In this document: piece by piece, positions 33,657 through 48,821 of the stretch
Layout of the letters: each line of letters begins with the position of its first letter
Numbering within the stretch: the stretch's first letter is position 1
NCBI GenBank assembly: GCA_000934665.2
Contig: KZ538684.1
Location: 1 to 54,174, forward strand
Direction of reading: 5' to 3'
Source: Catajapyx aquilonaris
Taxonomy: Eukaryota
Length of the DNA: 54,174 bases
The notes under the pieces: generated by a model
Told to the model about the DNA's origin: nothing
Databases searched by the model: none
The model's input: only the letters and a program-made list of their open reading frames with translations
Made by a program: the position numbers and the translations under genes

Positions 33657-36600
33657 AGAGGAGTCCGTCCAGCAGACGGAACGCCCTTTGCAGGCGATGG
33701 AGTTTTCCGACTGTCTTAGTAAAATTGCACAGCAGTTGTCCCTCATATGCTAATGTAGATGTGTTTATTTTTGTGCACTCAACAGCTGCACTGCTGGTTA
33801 CAGCTGATCTGTGCTTAGCAATAAGGTTGAGCCTCATTTCTGGTCTGCCATAATTTCACTTGTATGTGTGCGTGGAGTTGCAAATGTACAAGTCATGTGC
33901 ACCCGAGTTGGTAGTAGGTGTGCAGAATGTGTCATAAGTTGTTACCATGGCTTGTTTTGATGCTATAGTTTTATCTGGCCCCTGCATTGTCATCTTCCTT
34001 TGCAAAGTGGCCTTTCATTTTGACATGAAACGTATGATGTTATGGTGCTTTTAAGTGAGATACTGGTAGGATGCCATAACTTAACATTTTTAAATAGAGT
34101 TTATAGCAATGGCTTATAAATAACATAGACACTGGTACTTGATTCAAAGCAACCTATAGGGTACATTGGGTTTTTTGGGTTCTTGAGCTTGTCAGTTATT
34201 TTCATTTAAACTGATTCCTGAGAAGCCACTGGATCAGCATTGTATAATTTTTGTCATTATTATTAGAAGTTTCAATGAATGGTTAAAGTTGTAACCCAAT
34301 ATATCCTGTAGGGCATGCGATTCCTGACTCCTTAATGAAAATGAAGCTTTTTAATTTAATGTATTTTTATGAAGTGTTATGGATAATTTATAACAAAGTT
34401 TATATTTGGGTTAAGTCACCGTAGTTCTTCCTGGACGGATTCCTAGTCAGAAGGTTGAATTGATTGTCTAAGAAGTATAATGGTTTTCATTATATATTAT
34501 ATTCAGGCTCAATTTTACAAGTTTTTTTTTCAATTTTAATTGTACAATCAAGTTACAAATCTCAAATGAAATCAAAAAGACGACTATAGGTGTAGAGTTG
34601 GAAAGAGAGTACCCACTAATGTGCCACTAATGAATGGCTAACCAACTTACAAGTGGCTGACTGTAAATCTTCCAAGCTGAAAATTCACTTGGAATAGTAG
34701 TGCACTCTTCCAAGTGGAGTGCAAAATGGTGTGGGAGATGGATGTGGATGGAGGCTGTTGGCACAATGCAGCTTGTTTTCTGTACCCTTGTCACTAGTCG
34801 TCTTGAACAGCATTAGTTTTCTTCAGTGTTTTGGATTATGGGAGCAGAGTTCTAGTTTTATTGTGTACATTTTAACAATGAGAGCTGTATTGCATGCCCT
34901 TAGGTTAGGGTAGCTGGACTTGTTCATGTTGTCATTACAAGATATTCAGACTCTTTCCATTGTTGTTTTTTAAGCCAATGTATTGCCAAAGTGTAGCTCA
35001 TTGAAATTTTCTGAAGCTCTCAGAATGTCATTAGCACCAGTCCTTTTAGGTGCAGTGAAATCTCATCATGTCAAACAGTAACCCACTGCATTCCAATCTA
35101 AAATACTGCTACTGGTACTGAATGTTCCTCCAAGCTATGACTTTTAGAGTGAAGGAATTGTGGGATAAATTGCCATAAGTAACATTCAGGCAGATCATGT
35201 TTTCAAGAATTTAGTTCATATGTATTGGCAGAAATGTAGCAAATGCCCACAAGTACTGTCGGCACCCTGAGGGCGAGAGGAAAGTGAGAGATGGGAGTCA
35301 TGCCAGGAGTACGTGGGGGAGTACACCTTCAGTTCTGATGGACTAAAATTTGGCCAACACAGGAGTACCAATTAGGTGCAGAGAGTCCGCAACATTTCAA
35401 CTGATATGGATGCGAGCAAAATTCTCGAATCCATGGAACAGTATATTATGTAGGGATTTTTATGCAGTGCTTACTGGAAATTGGGAGGTATAAGACTTGG
35501 GATTGTTTTTATTTTGCCCATTGGTTTCATGACTGAGTAGAATTTTTACAGGTGCTTCTAATTTGCAAGGACAGTGCAGTGATCCAGATAAGCTTGACAT
35601 TCTTTGAAGTGTTAATTTCAAGGTGAGGAGGCTAAATTATGGGGACTCTCAGGGAGAGGAGATAAGTGTAATATCCTGCATGAACTCCAGGAACATGCTA
35701 TTTGCGGCTGGTTTTTGCAACTGATCCATACCAATGCCTTGAAGTTTTCCCAGAAGTAGTGTTGTGTTATTCTGGACCAAAAAAGTCTGAATCTGTCCAC
35801 TTTATTTATGCTGACAGAGTTTTCTGCCGAAGGAATTCCCAGGCTACTTGTTTACTTATCTGCCCCTCTCTTTTTTAGTGAAGCTATGCCACAATGGGGG
35901 ACAAAAATTTGCTTGAAAGAGCACATAGTTATTCTTTCATCTTAGTTAATCCAGTTGGTGTATTTTGCTCAAACCTTTTACTGGAGGGACCAAATATTTT
36001 TGCTTTGTTTTACTGTGGGGGGGGGGGGGGGGNNNNNNGGGGGAGTGGGGTGGGGAGGAGGACGAGGGAGGAATGAAGCAAAGTTAATTGTAAACCTGTG
36101 TTCTTCTCCTTGCTTCTTATCATGTACATTTCTGGCGAATCAAAATTTCTCGCCTGTTGCCAGGTTGAATGCCTTGTGTACTTCTGGAACAACAATATAA
36201 TTAAATTGGGATTGCATTGTGGTAACTAATGGAGGAAAATGTCCAGTTTGACTTGATGAGGCATCACTGTAGTTTGTGGCCTTTTCACATTAAAGCGTGT
36301 ATTTTCCCCAGGTTGAAATTTCAGAGGCATCATAGAATAGGTTGTTACATGCAAAGACTAGAGTAGAATGATTAATTTCTCTCACAAAGAGATTTTGAGT
36401 GTGTGCCTTCCTTGCAAATACCTTGGGCAGTGCATTTGTTTGGAGCTGAAATCGTGGAATCTGGTGCATACCTTGCCATCCACAACCAACATATGGTCAC
36501 TTTCTGAATCTTGATTGGACTGTATTCTACTTAATTTGATGAATTGCATAGCTTATGGGCTGTGTATGTGAGTTGGTAAAAAAAAGTTTGCCTCTCCATG

Positions 36601-39600
36601 AATCTTGTGAAGAAGGCACAGACTCATCTCCTTAGATGTACTGGGTTGTGGTGCTTTCACTTCCATTGCTGCAAGTCACATGCTATTTTGGACTGTGATA
36701 TTAGCCACTATTCTTCTATGGAAGCAAACTTTTTAATCCGTAGAAGTAGGGTGAGTAGGCCAAATTGTCTGGGCACAGTGTTTTAGAGGCTGAATGCCAT
36801 TAGGGGACAATCCTGGTGTACTGTATGTGATAATCTTCTCCAGTGACCAAATTCATCTTGTTTTCCCTGTGTGTGCACATTTTTGCTATGTAAAAGGCAA
36901 GGCTCACCTAATACCATTTATCTGATCGAGTGTCATAGAACCTAGACATGCCATTATGCGCAGAGACGAAGCGATAGCTATGCCGTAGTTTTTTAAAAAT
37001 CATCGACTCATGTGCAATGTTGGCTGTAGATTCTGACTTTAGATATTAGTAGGTGGATTGGATCTGTGGGTGTGTTGCATAGACGCTAGGATTAGATTGC
37101 GTCTTGACAAAGGCTAGTACATATAATGCAATGCTGCTGTTAATACTGAATTTCCAATTACATGAGTGACTATGGCAGCAGCTTTGAGATTGCAAACAGG
37201 TTTAGTCCAGCAGTATTCAGGTGTTGGAAAGTGTACTCTCATTTTGGCCATGGAAATTATAGCTTTTAAAGTCTTGCAGTTGCCTTGGTTTTTTATGCAT
37301 TCTCTATTTCAACTGGCAAGGAGGAAACTGCCTGTTGCTGAGTCAGTATGGTGGGCTTGGCCCTTGTTGGGCAAATGTGTAGTGTGAGCAAGTTGTGAGG
37401 CTCTGTGGAGCTGATTTGGTCAGATCCTGTGCCAAAACAAAGAAGTAGATTATATAGGCTGTGGTGAAAAAGTATTGACACTGCACATTCTGATTTGCTT
37501 GAACATGTGTAGTGTGTGCCAATGAAACTTTCAATATTGGCTAGTGGAATGGCAGAGATATGGATACTGTAAAACATCAGTTTACTTCTGTGCCAGCACA
37601 ATTGTTTACACTTCTTAGAACTGGCGCTCAGGGATTTCGTACCTGTCTCTATGAAGCTGCTTTTCCTGCTTTTGTCCACACAGAAGAGACGGGAGAACCG
37701 ATCAAAGAATATCTTGACATGCTGTGAGCATGTGGTTAAGGCTTTCTATCCAAACTATCCTTTTTAATGCAAGGTTTTAATATATGGTGCAGAATTTATG
37801 GTTGTGCAATGGTTTGCTGTAAAACATGCTATGACTTGTAAAGGAGGTTTGTATGCCACCCTTCCATTGTATCAGCAGTCAACTTTTGCAGGCTGCTTTT
37901 TTTTCTTCTTTTTTTTATTGGAGTGTGGAATGACTTATTAACTAGTCTGATTGTCTGCACCAAAAAATATGACAATTTGCTGGAAAAGATGTTAATCTGA
38001 TTGTAGATTTTTCTAGTCATTTTGTCTCGGTATATTTGTCGAACATTTTTGTGGATGTGGGAAAACATGAGATTTGCACTGCACCAATCCCTGAGATTGC
38101 GGTTAACATGTCGCTATGGCATTTTCTGTAGGACCAATGCATTGCCTCATAACAAAGATGCACAACATTTTCCAAGTGTTTTTGGTAAGTCATGTAATGC
38201 GTTTTGAAGTAGTTCTGGGCAGAGCCTGAGCTCGGGAATCACGAATGTTTGTGAAGTCTGCTCTAGAAGGGCAACTTATGTCTAACTTTCCCGTGAAATC
38301 TCATGGGCATTTTGTGAATGTTTCATAATGTGTATTTCTGTAATTATTGTTGTGACTCTGAAGGTTACATTTCTAGTGGATTGGCCTCTACTCTGATCTA
38401 AGCTTCCCCTTTTGCAACCATCGCTATCCTCCCACCCACTCTACACTTCTATCCTTACATCCACCCTGTTGTCCATATCACACAGTTTTAGCCTAGCAAT
38501 ACCCAGTCCCATATGTGTCATGTACGGAACTTAAATAGTAACTAACCATCTTCTTTTTTTGCGGTTGGAATCAGGAAGAATTCACTTCTGATGTGACAGT
38601 GATCCAATTACCCATCAGACACGTGCTGCCAATTCTGCCTCTAATACAAGTAGTGCCATCATTACTTCAGGTAACCTCATTGATGTGGCATACTTGGTAA
38701 ATAGCGCTTTGAGGTCATTTTGACTTTACATTCTACTTTGATTTAACAGAGAGAGAGAGAGAGAGCATGCATTAATAAATTATGGCCATGATGTACCATG
38801 GTTTCATGTCAACTTGAATATTCAATCCACTGCATTGCAGTTTTCGTAGATCCCACAATGGGAATTTACCTTAGATGATCATTGCACCATGTCATATCAG
38901 AGTCAGGTTGGGAAATCTGCCAAACACACAAGTAACTGCTCTGTATGTACATGAATTAAATAATTTTTGTCTGAGAATCCAAGGCCATTTTTTTTAGGTA
39001 ATGGGAAGAAAAGGGAATGCAAAACTTTCTAGATGCATTGGTACAAACGACCCTACCAAGTGATGGTGGTGAGGACACTATTTGAAACCTGGATCTCCTG
39101 CTTGACTGGCCAATCCCTTCTCCTTAGTACTTCACTGTCAGCAAAAAGCATTCGAAACTTGTCTCCTTGCAATGCCTAAGGAGGTACAATGTTTCAATGG
39201 AAATTTACATACCTGCCATAACCTAAAGATAATAATTGACTTACTTTGACTGATAGAGGCTGATGTGCAGCATGTTTCTTTTCAACCTGTCCTGCTACAG
39301 CCGACCACCCCTCTTCTCCACCTGACCCGCCTTGACACTCGACTTATGAAACTAATGGTGATTGATCATTCTTGAGCTGTGGACTGCTTCTGTATACAAA
39401 AATTTGGTTGCAAGTTTCATTTTTGGGCTGAGTTATCACTAGCATATATTTGTCAGATTTAAATTGATTCTTTAAATATAAGTCTGAGAAGTCATACGCC
39501 ACCCTGTCGTGTTTTGATTGATGGGTTTACAAAGTGACAAACCATTACAAATGGTGTGGAGCACGAATAATAATTTGCATTGACAATCACGGGAATGACA

Positions 39601-41139
39601 CCAGGGAAGTTTTCACTGATATAAGTTGGTAATGATCTAAACTCTAAATTGATTTCACAAGTAATTTACAAGAAGTGTGAATTTTGTGCTGCCTTAAAGT
39701 GGGTGTTAAGAGTCATTTGCTTTGATCAGTACCTCATATTACATATGAATCTTGCAATGCATAACTGACACATTCAGTTGGTTCATGACATGCCCATGGA
39801 TTTTACATTAGAGTGTGATAACTGTGATATTCTGTAAGTAGTGTCTTCGTGCGCCTGTATGTTGTCATTTTATATTGACACTTAGGCATGGTCTTGCATG
39901 TCCTGGACCAATTTTGTCTGCAGCACTCTTGTCTTCCTTCTGAAGCAGGCAAAAGTATCAACGTCTTATTTATTGAGGGGTTCAAAGTGGTGTTGGTGGC
40001 TGATGGAGGTAAACCTTGTCAAAGAAGTTGTTTCCCACATATCATTGATGTGAAGTGTGTTCTAGAGACATTTTATATCCAATTTTAAATGTTACCTTAC
40101 CCTGTTATGCTCTCTCCAACTCACATTTCGTAGTACTTGTGCTGTGCATGTCAGCACAAACACTTCCACATCCCTGGTGTTGAGTAATTTTAATGCTTGT
40201 CTTTTAAAGGGACACCCTTGTGGAAAAAATAATCTCAAAATTTCTTCCACCTGTGTTGACTGATCTTGGCATGAGCTGTGTTTAAAATTTTGTTTGGATC
40301 ATGTGCCAATGTAAAATATAATATTGGCTGTAGGAGGGTTGATAGCTGTTTCATTAATTTTTGTAGTGCTTCAAAATGTTTACATAATAGTATTTCTGAA
40401 GGAGGGTGGGTCAGAGTAATCCTTTATCCATCTTTTGCATAATTATAATGTAGTAACTTTGAATCAGGGTTTCTCTTTGATCTGTGTTAAGGAACTGTAT
40501 GTGACAAGCTGCATGTAATTTTGCAAGTCTAGGTTTCCATGGCTAAAATGTTGCATTTTGTGTGATATTACAGTTAATTCTGTGTGATAATGTCACAGAC
40601 TGATGTTGTATTAAAACTGCCCAGTTCTCGTTCCACATGTTGTAGCGCTTATGCAGTTTTGGGGCAGTCGAGTCAGTAGGTCCTCATGTTTGAATTCAGC
40701 CTGATATGCCGTTCAGGGTTTGCATTTTAAAATTCTCTCAAGTCTTGTAATATTACTACGGCTCTCACTATCTGAGTTTTAGAGAGAAAGTTTTTCGGAG
40801 TATTGCTTTTTTGTCAGGTTGACATGTAGCGTTCGCATTACCATGTTTTGCTTAGTCGAGTTAAGGAACGGAGCTTAGAGGTAGTTAATTTTTTAAATGT
40901 AGATTATTTAAGTTTGACCCAAAATTTTAACCACCGTTAGGTTATTTTCATTTGCTAGAAGTGATCTTATTTTGGTGTTGGGACTTGTGCACAAAAAGCA
41001 AGTGTGGCTACAGGATCTTAGTGTAGCTGTTCTGCTTGTTCATATACATACCTCTTGGTCATATAATAGTTGTCGGCTTTGATGTTGGAAAGAGACAAAA
41101 AGCTGTTGCCATGCGAGTGACGTGAAAGTGGACTCTAGC

Positions 41140-41191
41140 ATGATAATGTTGAGAAAAGATGGAATGATAATGTTGAGAAAAGATGGAATGA
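41140..41191. repeat. 24-bp tandem duplication
   Basis: ATGATAATGTTGAGAAAAGATGGA twice. Confidence 0.9.
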
Positions 41192-43375
41192 TACTTTCCT
41201 GATGCAAGTGATGAGTGCTAGTAGCTGCTCGTAGCAGGTTGGTTGTCATTCTGTCCGATACAAGTCATGAAATGACCGACAGCCGTTCTTTATAGTTAGG
41301 ATTACATAATGGAATGTTGTGCCCATTCATTGAAATGAGTCATGGGTTACTTACACATAGATATTGCTAATATCATCTAGAGAGGAATTTTTCAAGTACT
41401 CATAAGTGCGGGTCTGTATGAACATTCTAAGGCATTGGCGCAACACTGTCTCAGTACGTTCTTCAAGTTGTGAATTTCAGTATAGTTGTCAGATCTTTAT
41501 CCTCTTGGTAAGGAAGCTCTGGGAAGCTTTCTTGAGGTTGGGATGAATTAGCAATCAAATTGACTATTGTGACACCATGCACTTAAAGACTTCCAATTTG
41601 CCATATTGTGAGTATTGATGTCCTGTTCCATAGACTAGTACGTGCGCATGGTGGATTTGTGTATTGCATCCTGACATATCAGGAACTTGCAGGAGCTTAC
41701 GAATGTCCTTAGCATTTTGCAAGCATGAGTAACTAATTATATCAGGTGCAGTAGTTGGAATTTAGTACATGTAGTAGCTGTAGAGTACAAATGACATTAG
41801 AAAACACTTGCACCCACACACTTAATAGCACAAGCTCAGCTGGTAATGCTGGGAAGAGTTTTATGAGGTCACGTTTGTGGTACGTACATATTATATAAAT
41901 CGAAATATACAAATATATAATTATATAAATATTTAATTATTGCAGTTATGTAAATTTATGAATAGAGTTTCTAACCATTTTACTCAGTGGTAGGCATTCT
42001 GATTTATTAATGTGCAATTTAGATTCCACAATACTCTCCAATGTGTAAAGGATATAGAGAGCAGCAAAGAAATTTTAATACTGTCTTACCCAAGAAATGG
42101 TGTGGAGATTTAGCTTTACCGTTTCCTACAAGCAGTTGAAAGAATTTTGATGTTGATTTTTCGATTATTGTACATTTTCGCCGTGGCAGTGATCATGCAA
42201 AAGGTTTGCATAAGGACTTTGGGATGGAGCCACACCATGCCCGAGTAGTAGTGCATGTGTACTATTTTGCCTCGGCTTAACTGGAAAATCTTTATATGAA
42301 GCCAGTACATGCATGATTTTGCCCATATGTTGAATCGCATACCCCACCTCCTTTATTTGACAGATTTGAGCTCACTTACACCCTTATGCTTGTGCAAATG
42401 GTGTGGGTACCTTGTCATCCAAGTATTCTCCGATGGTCTATGTCCTGACTTGGAAGGCAAAGGAATGGATATCAGGGGAAAGTGTTGCAGACACCTTCAA
42501 AGATGTATTGGAACTTTTGGTTTTAAAGACGTTATTTAAGTTACCACTACAAGCCACTTTTCTTGGGCATAACTTTTTTAGTGGGGTATCTGCTTCATCC
42601 CTCCTATCCATCTAGTCAGGTTTTTAATGTTAATTTATATGCAAGAATTCATATAGATGCCATATCATGGAATGCCTCAACTCCCTCGTGTGCTGTTAGT
42701 TATTTCACCACTTTTTATTATAAACCAATGTTCTAGGAATTTTCTAAACTCATCACTTTTTTGGTAATATTCACAAGATGCTCCTGTTATAATGATGTCA
42801 ACGGCCATGATGGCGGTCCCCTTACTCCCAATAGTTTCTTTTACATAATATATTTTCCTGTCAGTTTTCATGATGATGGGTGTTTTTATCTCAAGTACAG
42901 CCTATCTGCATTTGTTTGTGATGCTGGTTCTCTCACCAATGACACTCTCTGTCTGATCATTTATTTAATTGGATTTTTCATAGGATCATCGGCATTTTTT
43001 ACCACCCAGGGTGCTTCAGTACAGGGAGGGAACCAGCTGCAGATGTCTGCACTGCACTTGCAGTCATAGTGTGGTAACTGAAATTGCATGGTTAAGAAAA
43101 AAGTATTCAGTTGTGTGGATGCTGCACAATAATTTTATTCGTGCTATTCTCTAGAGCATTGATTACTAATCTGTGGTGCTGATATTCTACACTTCTTTTG
43201 AAATTGATGGCATTGCCAGGTAGGTGATTTGCAACTTCAGGTACATTCAGGAGGAGGAAAAAAAGCATAATTATTGTCATCAACCGGCAGTAACAGTGCT
43301 ACAGATTAGGAGAGGTTCTCCCCTCGAGCACATTCCTGTACAGTATGACAGAGTCAAATAATGAAGCAGATCTAA

Positions 43376-43759
43376 TATGTGGGTGTTTCTAACTAGTCCA
43401 GCCAACAGCCGTCAGCGTATTCCTTGGGCTAAAACAAGACGAAAATGCAGGGGGGAGAAATGTCGAGGGACCAACCGTTAATGAGGTCGACGACCAGAAA
43501 CATTGGCAGGTGGTTGCCAAAGTTGCAGAATATTAGCAGTGATAATCACTTCTATGAAAGAGGTGACCTTGGAAATCCCAACTGTCATGATTTTCATGCT
43601 CATATCCTGCTCCTTCAGCAGCCATTGGTCAATGTTTCTGGTCAAGGTCATGTTAATAGTTGCTCCCTCGACATTTCTCCCCCCCTACATTTTCGACTGC
43701 TTTTGGCTCAAGGAATACACTGAGGGCTGTTGGCTGGACTAGTAACAAACACCCTGTAT
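43376..43759. mobile_element. Tc1/mariner-type MITE
   Basis: GGGTGTTT..ACTAGTCCAGCCAACAGCC..GGGGGGAGAAATGTCGAGGGA pairs with TCCCTCGACATTTCTCCCCCC..GGCTGTTGGCTGGACTAGT..AAACACCCTGTA. Confidence 0.85.
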
Positions 43760-46700
43760 ATCGTATTTATCTTGGATAAATTCTTGTAGCCAATCAGTAT
43801 CCTTCCTGCCATCACGTCCTAGCCTTGAACAAAGCCACTTTTCCAGTCATTCCTCATATTTTCAAAATTTACTGTCAGCAATTTATCTTCTTATTACCTC
43901 AATTTCACCTGACAGGCCAAGTAATAAACTTTTTTGAATAAATGCTAAAATGGCAAACCATAGGAATTTGTCATATTGCTCAGGGGAGATTTTTAGCTGC
44001 CAATAACTTGTTCAGAAACTAATCACCAAATCACATAACTTGTCCTTTTTTTTACTTCGGTGGGCTGAGAACATTTCCGAAGAGTTTCGGGAATTTTTAC
44101 AACTGGTTGATGTTCTATATTTATCTTTTTCCCCCCTCATTGTGAATGCACCTAATTTGTGTTAACATTCAGGTGCATTAATATATGGAATTACAATTTG
44201 CATTTTAAAATATTTGATACTCTGAAAGTCTAGATGCCTTGCCTGAGTCATGCTTCACTTTAGGAACCACTGTTCTGGAGAATAACTTGTTACAGGGTAG
44301 CACTCGGTAGTTCTCTCACATGCATCTGGCTGGATTTTGCTAGCTTCTACGTACTAAAAAGAGTAACCTCTCATTGTGTACGTACATTGTCACCCTCAGG
44401 AACATTGTCACAAATAGCTAGAAAACGCTTTTTACACTCTTAATAGTGGGTGTGAAGAAGTAATACTGTACTGTGTTTACCTTTTTTTTTTTTGTTGGTG
44501 TTATTGAAATGGTGCCACTGTGTTAAGTTTGAGTTGCCTTCAAGTGCAAAACATGCTTAGTGCTGTCAGCAAGCTGTTAGGCAGAACTAGACATGTGGTG
44601 CACAAAATGCTGTGATGCTTTTATTACAATGTGGCATGCTGTAAGGTGTGTGCAGACTGCTGTCGGAATCTGTCGAGCCAATGTTGTGGCCACATTGGCG
44701 TAAAAATGGAAAGTAGTTCACTGATGTTAAACGTACAAAATGGAGCATTGCTGGTAGAGAATGATTGGCGCCAAAGTTCTTCCTGAAACGAAAGGACCAC
44801 AGTTTTGAGAACATTTTCAACATATCGTTAGAGGACCATAACTTTTACTGGATTGTTCAGTTGGGTGTTTATACTGGTGTAGATAAAAGTGTACGTGCAG
44901 AGTGTAAAGGTATTGTTTCGGATTGTGAGAAGAGTAGGGTGCAATCTGTAAGTGATGTTTTGCTAAAGTGGCTCCAAAATCCAATGTCATTGCTGCTCCT
45001 GTAATACAACCACTTACTGTGAGATCGCAGATTTGTGCAGCCTTTTATGTAATACTCGTGGAGAATATAGTCATGCTGCTTAAACTTTCCAGAACGTGGT
45101 ACCGTAGTTGATGCTTTGTGAGGGCTTGCTGTGATGACTTTCTCATGCACAATCTACTTGATGAGATCATTCTACTTGTACCTAGCTAGAGCTAAAGCCT
45201 TCAGAATGAAATTGAAATAAACATTTTAATACCATTCACAATTGCATAAAATATTCTAGCATGTCCATAGTTGAAACTCAGTTTCATTCTCTCGTAAAAT
45301 TGGATAGTTTCCCAAGTGTTGTGTGTGCGGGAGCCGTAGCAGGTTGTGTCTTTGGAGCTCTGCGCAAAGCCATTTTAAATGACAAGGACCTAGATAGTAT
45401 AATTATTCTGATTGTAAGTTATTCTGGTGGATGCTGTAGAAATCATGACTACTTTGGCAAAACCTGTTGTATCACATGCTGAGCAGCAATTGTTCTAGAG
45501 ATGTAAGTGATACTCCCAGGAATATTTCTTGAGATATAGATGAAAGCGAGACCACATGATTGTTAGCTCAATCTCTTTGTAATGGTTGAAGTTCCCATGA
45601 AATTAATCGACTTGGTTTTGGCTCATCCCTCCCCTCTAGATGTCAGACCCATGTCAGGGAAGTGCTTTATTCTTGGCTTTCATGCCAAGTGTTCCTTTCA
45701 CCTCGTGTCACGCTACATTATGCGCTAGTTCACCAGAGTCAAACTTTTGCAGAGATGCAGTCACATAAAATGATTAGCCACAGTGTGTAAGTGGTCCCTG
45801 GGTGTGGTATATCTGGGGTTCATGACTAACAAGTAGCCCAGTTGCGCTTTATGCCTTAAGCATAGGGTTCCAGAGTGCTGTGGGTTGCAAGGTCTGTGTC
45901 CTGTTGCAATAGAGTTTCAAAATAATGACATGTCTTATAAGGCATGACTACTATTCTGTCAGGTCCAAGTGTTTTACAGCTGGTAGTGTTTTTAGGTGCA
46001 TCTTTGTAAGGGAAATCCAAGTGCTTTGTTGTTGGAAGTACAATATTATTGAAAGGAGTCGCCACTTTTTGACTGATAATTTGACATTTCATAATTTGCT
46101 AAGATTGGTTCTGAACTAGGCACTGTATCTAATGGAAATACTTGGAACACAATATTTTTAAAAAGTGCATTTTGTTTCCAAGAGTTGGAGTGAGCTGCCA
46201 AGGGCAATTAGAGTGTGCCGGAACTCATCTTGTAACTGAAGAAGTTTCAATAATGAATCACTAGGATACATCATAAACAGAGTTTTTGCATTTTCTGCAT
46301 TTCACGTTTCGGTTCATACGAACTCAGCATCAAAACCCGAAGAAGAATACCAATTTTTACAGTACTAAATAGTTACCCATGCACTGCCTTGTAGCGTTCT
46401 ATGTGGTGTCCCCCCAACAATCCATCAGGAAAATGAGTGAAGTACAGTAAATGTCTGCTGCAATATTAGTGCTCAAATTCACAATTTTGTTTAGTATAAT
46501 GTGTACTTAAGGCCGTATCACCTACTGTGAGTACAGAGGCATTCAGGACCAAAGAGATTAATAGACTTTTGACATGCAATATACTGTACTGTACAGTTTG
46601 TGGCTTTGTGACAGCATTTTGTGTTCATACCCTTATGAAGATCACACTTTATGTGATCAAAATTGTGTGAATAATGTAACTGGATTATTATATCACAGCC

Positions 46701-47201
46701 CAGTGTCATTCATACTTTGCCAACCAGTTGACTTTGTTACTATACATAATTATCAAAAAATGAGTATGGATGTAGAGTAAGTGTAGCACATTACATGTGT
46801 AGTACATTTTAGACTTGACAGGTTAGTGTCACACTTAACATCTTCATAGAGCATGTCTTCCACTTGGCAGTTCATGACTGCTCTTGCAAAGCAGGATTTT
46901 GTGTGGGCAACAGATAAGAATGGAGTGACCTATAGGTTTCCTTTCTTGGAAGATTAATGTGGGTAGCTTTTATCAATTTGTTGGCAGGAGGTGGCACGTT
47001 ATCACAAGTTGCAAGGATGTCCAGCTTAAAAGCACTGAGAAGAGTTGTTTTTACAAAGAAAGTGTTGCTACTATGAATTATTACACACACAGACATTTCT
47101 CAACTCTAGTATGCTTCTTTATCACAACCTTTAATGCTGCTCTCTCATTCATGAATTCATAAGTAAGGCATTGGATAAATTACTGATTTGATGGCTTAGT
47201 A

Positions 47202-47541
47202 ATAATAATTCGGTAGTGCTTTTACCCCTCTTGGGGTCTATAGCACGGACCTTTATTAACTTTGGTACAATCAGTACAGTACATGTGGAACCCTTTTGCG
47301 AAATGCCCGGGTCCATGGGCAGGCTGAGAGGGAGGGATGTGCAATGTGCAGTGCAATGTCAGTACCTGGTCATTTTGTGAACTCCCCGAGGTGATTAGTC
47401 TCAAGGAATCCCACCCGAGACGAAGCCAGAGACTACCCAACTCTGCACGAAATGAAGGGGGGAATGCCCGGGCTTGGGATTGAACCCGGGACCCTTACAT
47501 ACGTGGGCGCGTACGTTACCGCAGCACCACTCCGCCTCCCC
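47202..47541 (-). mobile_element. tRNA-derived SINE, family A
   Basis: Reverse-complement homologue of 2456-2781; TSD atttgatggc[t/c]tagta at 47186-47201 and 47543-47558. Confidence 0.88.
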
Positions 47542-48510
47542 AATTTGATGGCCTAGTAGACTGATGTAAGCATGTGCAGGGTGGTTCACATGTAAATGCA
47601 AATAACTTCATGAAAAAAACAACATAGGTGTCTTTCAACATATACATATTACTAGGGAATGTCACAAATACTTCTCTCTGACTGTGAGAGTCAAATGAGG
47701 GTGGGTTACATATTAATACTAGTTGAAGTGCACATAATGGTGATTGGTTTTGTCTCGGAAACACATGGTTAGAGTTGGGCTACAAAGACTTTTTTTTTGG
47801 TGTTTTGTGATACCACCAATACAGGCAACCAGTGTCAGTCGGTATAGGATGCGTATGAGTACACTCAAGGACTACATCCCATACAGTTGTACATCATAAG
47901 TAGTAGCCACATGCCTTGCATAATCCACATCTGATTGGAATCTCAGAGAGAAATATTAGTTCTGTTACCTATTGAGTAAATAATCATGACTCCACATTAC
48001 CTATATACTGGAAAATGCTGTATCACGATAAACTAAAATAGTACAACTCCAGCTGACATCTTCCAATATGATGGTGCTTCTATTCTGCTCGGTTAATTTT
48101 TTAGGTCTTTAGATCTAATCAGGGGAAGAAAAAAAAACAGTTTGGGAGTACTATGTTCAGTGCCACTTCAATTTTTTAAAGGTCTTGCTTCTTGGTGAAC
48201 AGTTTTTAAACTGGATGCCATGTATTTCTCGTTGCACTCCTGCCATATTTTACCAGGGTTGTTCAAGAGGTTCTCGGGCTTCATTTAACATCAAATCACA
48301 CATTGATGTTAGGCACATGGTATTTATATAATTATGTATCCCCTCTTCAGTACACTATGACCAACTGCTTGGGCCACTTAAGCCCCAGTGAAGTAAATTT
48401 AGCTCAAAATGGCTGTTACCAGGTATCATTTTATTTTCACCAAGAATTGAATGATAATCAGCAGTTCTGTCAAGCCAGTGACAATAACAGTCACATCTTA
48501 TCACTATGGT

Positions 48511-48744
48511 AGGGCTGCATGATGGCATAGTCGTAGTAATCACCACAGCCTTCACCTCTTGAACCCTGGATTGGACAGGAGTTTTTCATGTGTAAAGCAG
48601 TCCAATGGATTCTCTCCATGTTAGTGTGGGTTTTCTCTGGGTCGCTCTGTTTCCTGATAATATCAAAATCCATCTGCAGCACAGTGATCGAATAAAGTCT
48701 GTTTTTTTAAAGAGGATCCCCTGAAAAGGACACAAGCCTGTCAC

Positions 48745-48820
<76 letters not shown>
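48511..48820 (+). mobile_element. Degenerate family C (V-domain) SINE with (TTA)n tail
   Basis: TGGATTCTCTCCATGTTAGTGTGGGTTTTCTCTGGG..TCAAAATCCATC..GATCCCCT matches 10222-10540; (TTA)n 48749-48820. Confidence 0.72.
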
Positions 48821-48821
<1 letters not shown>

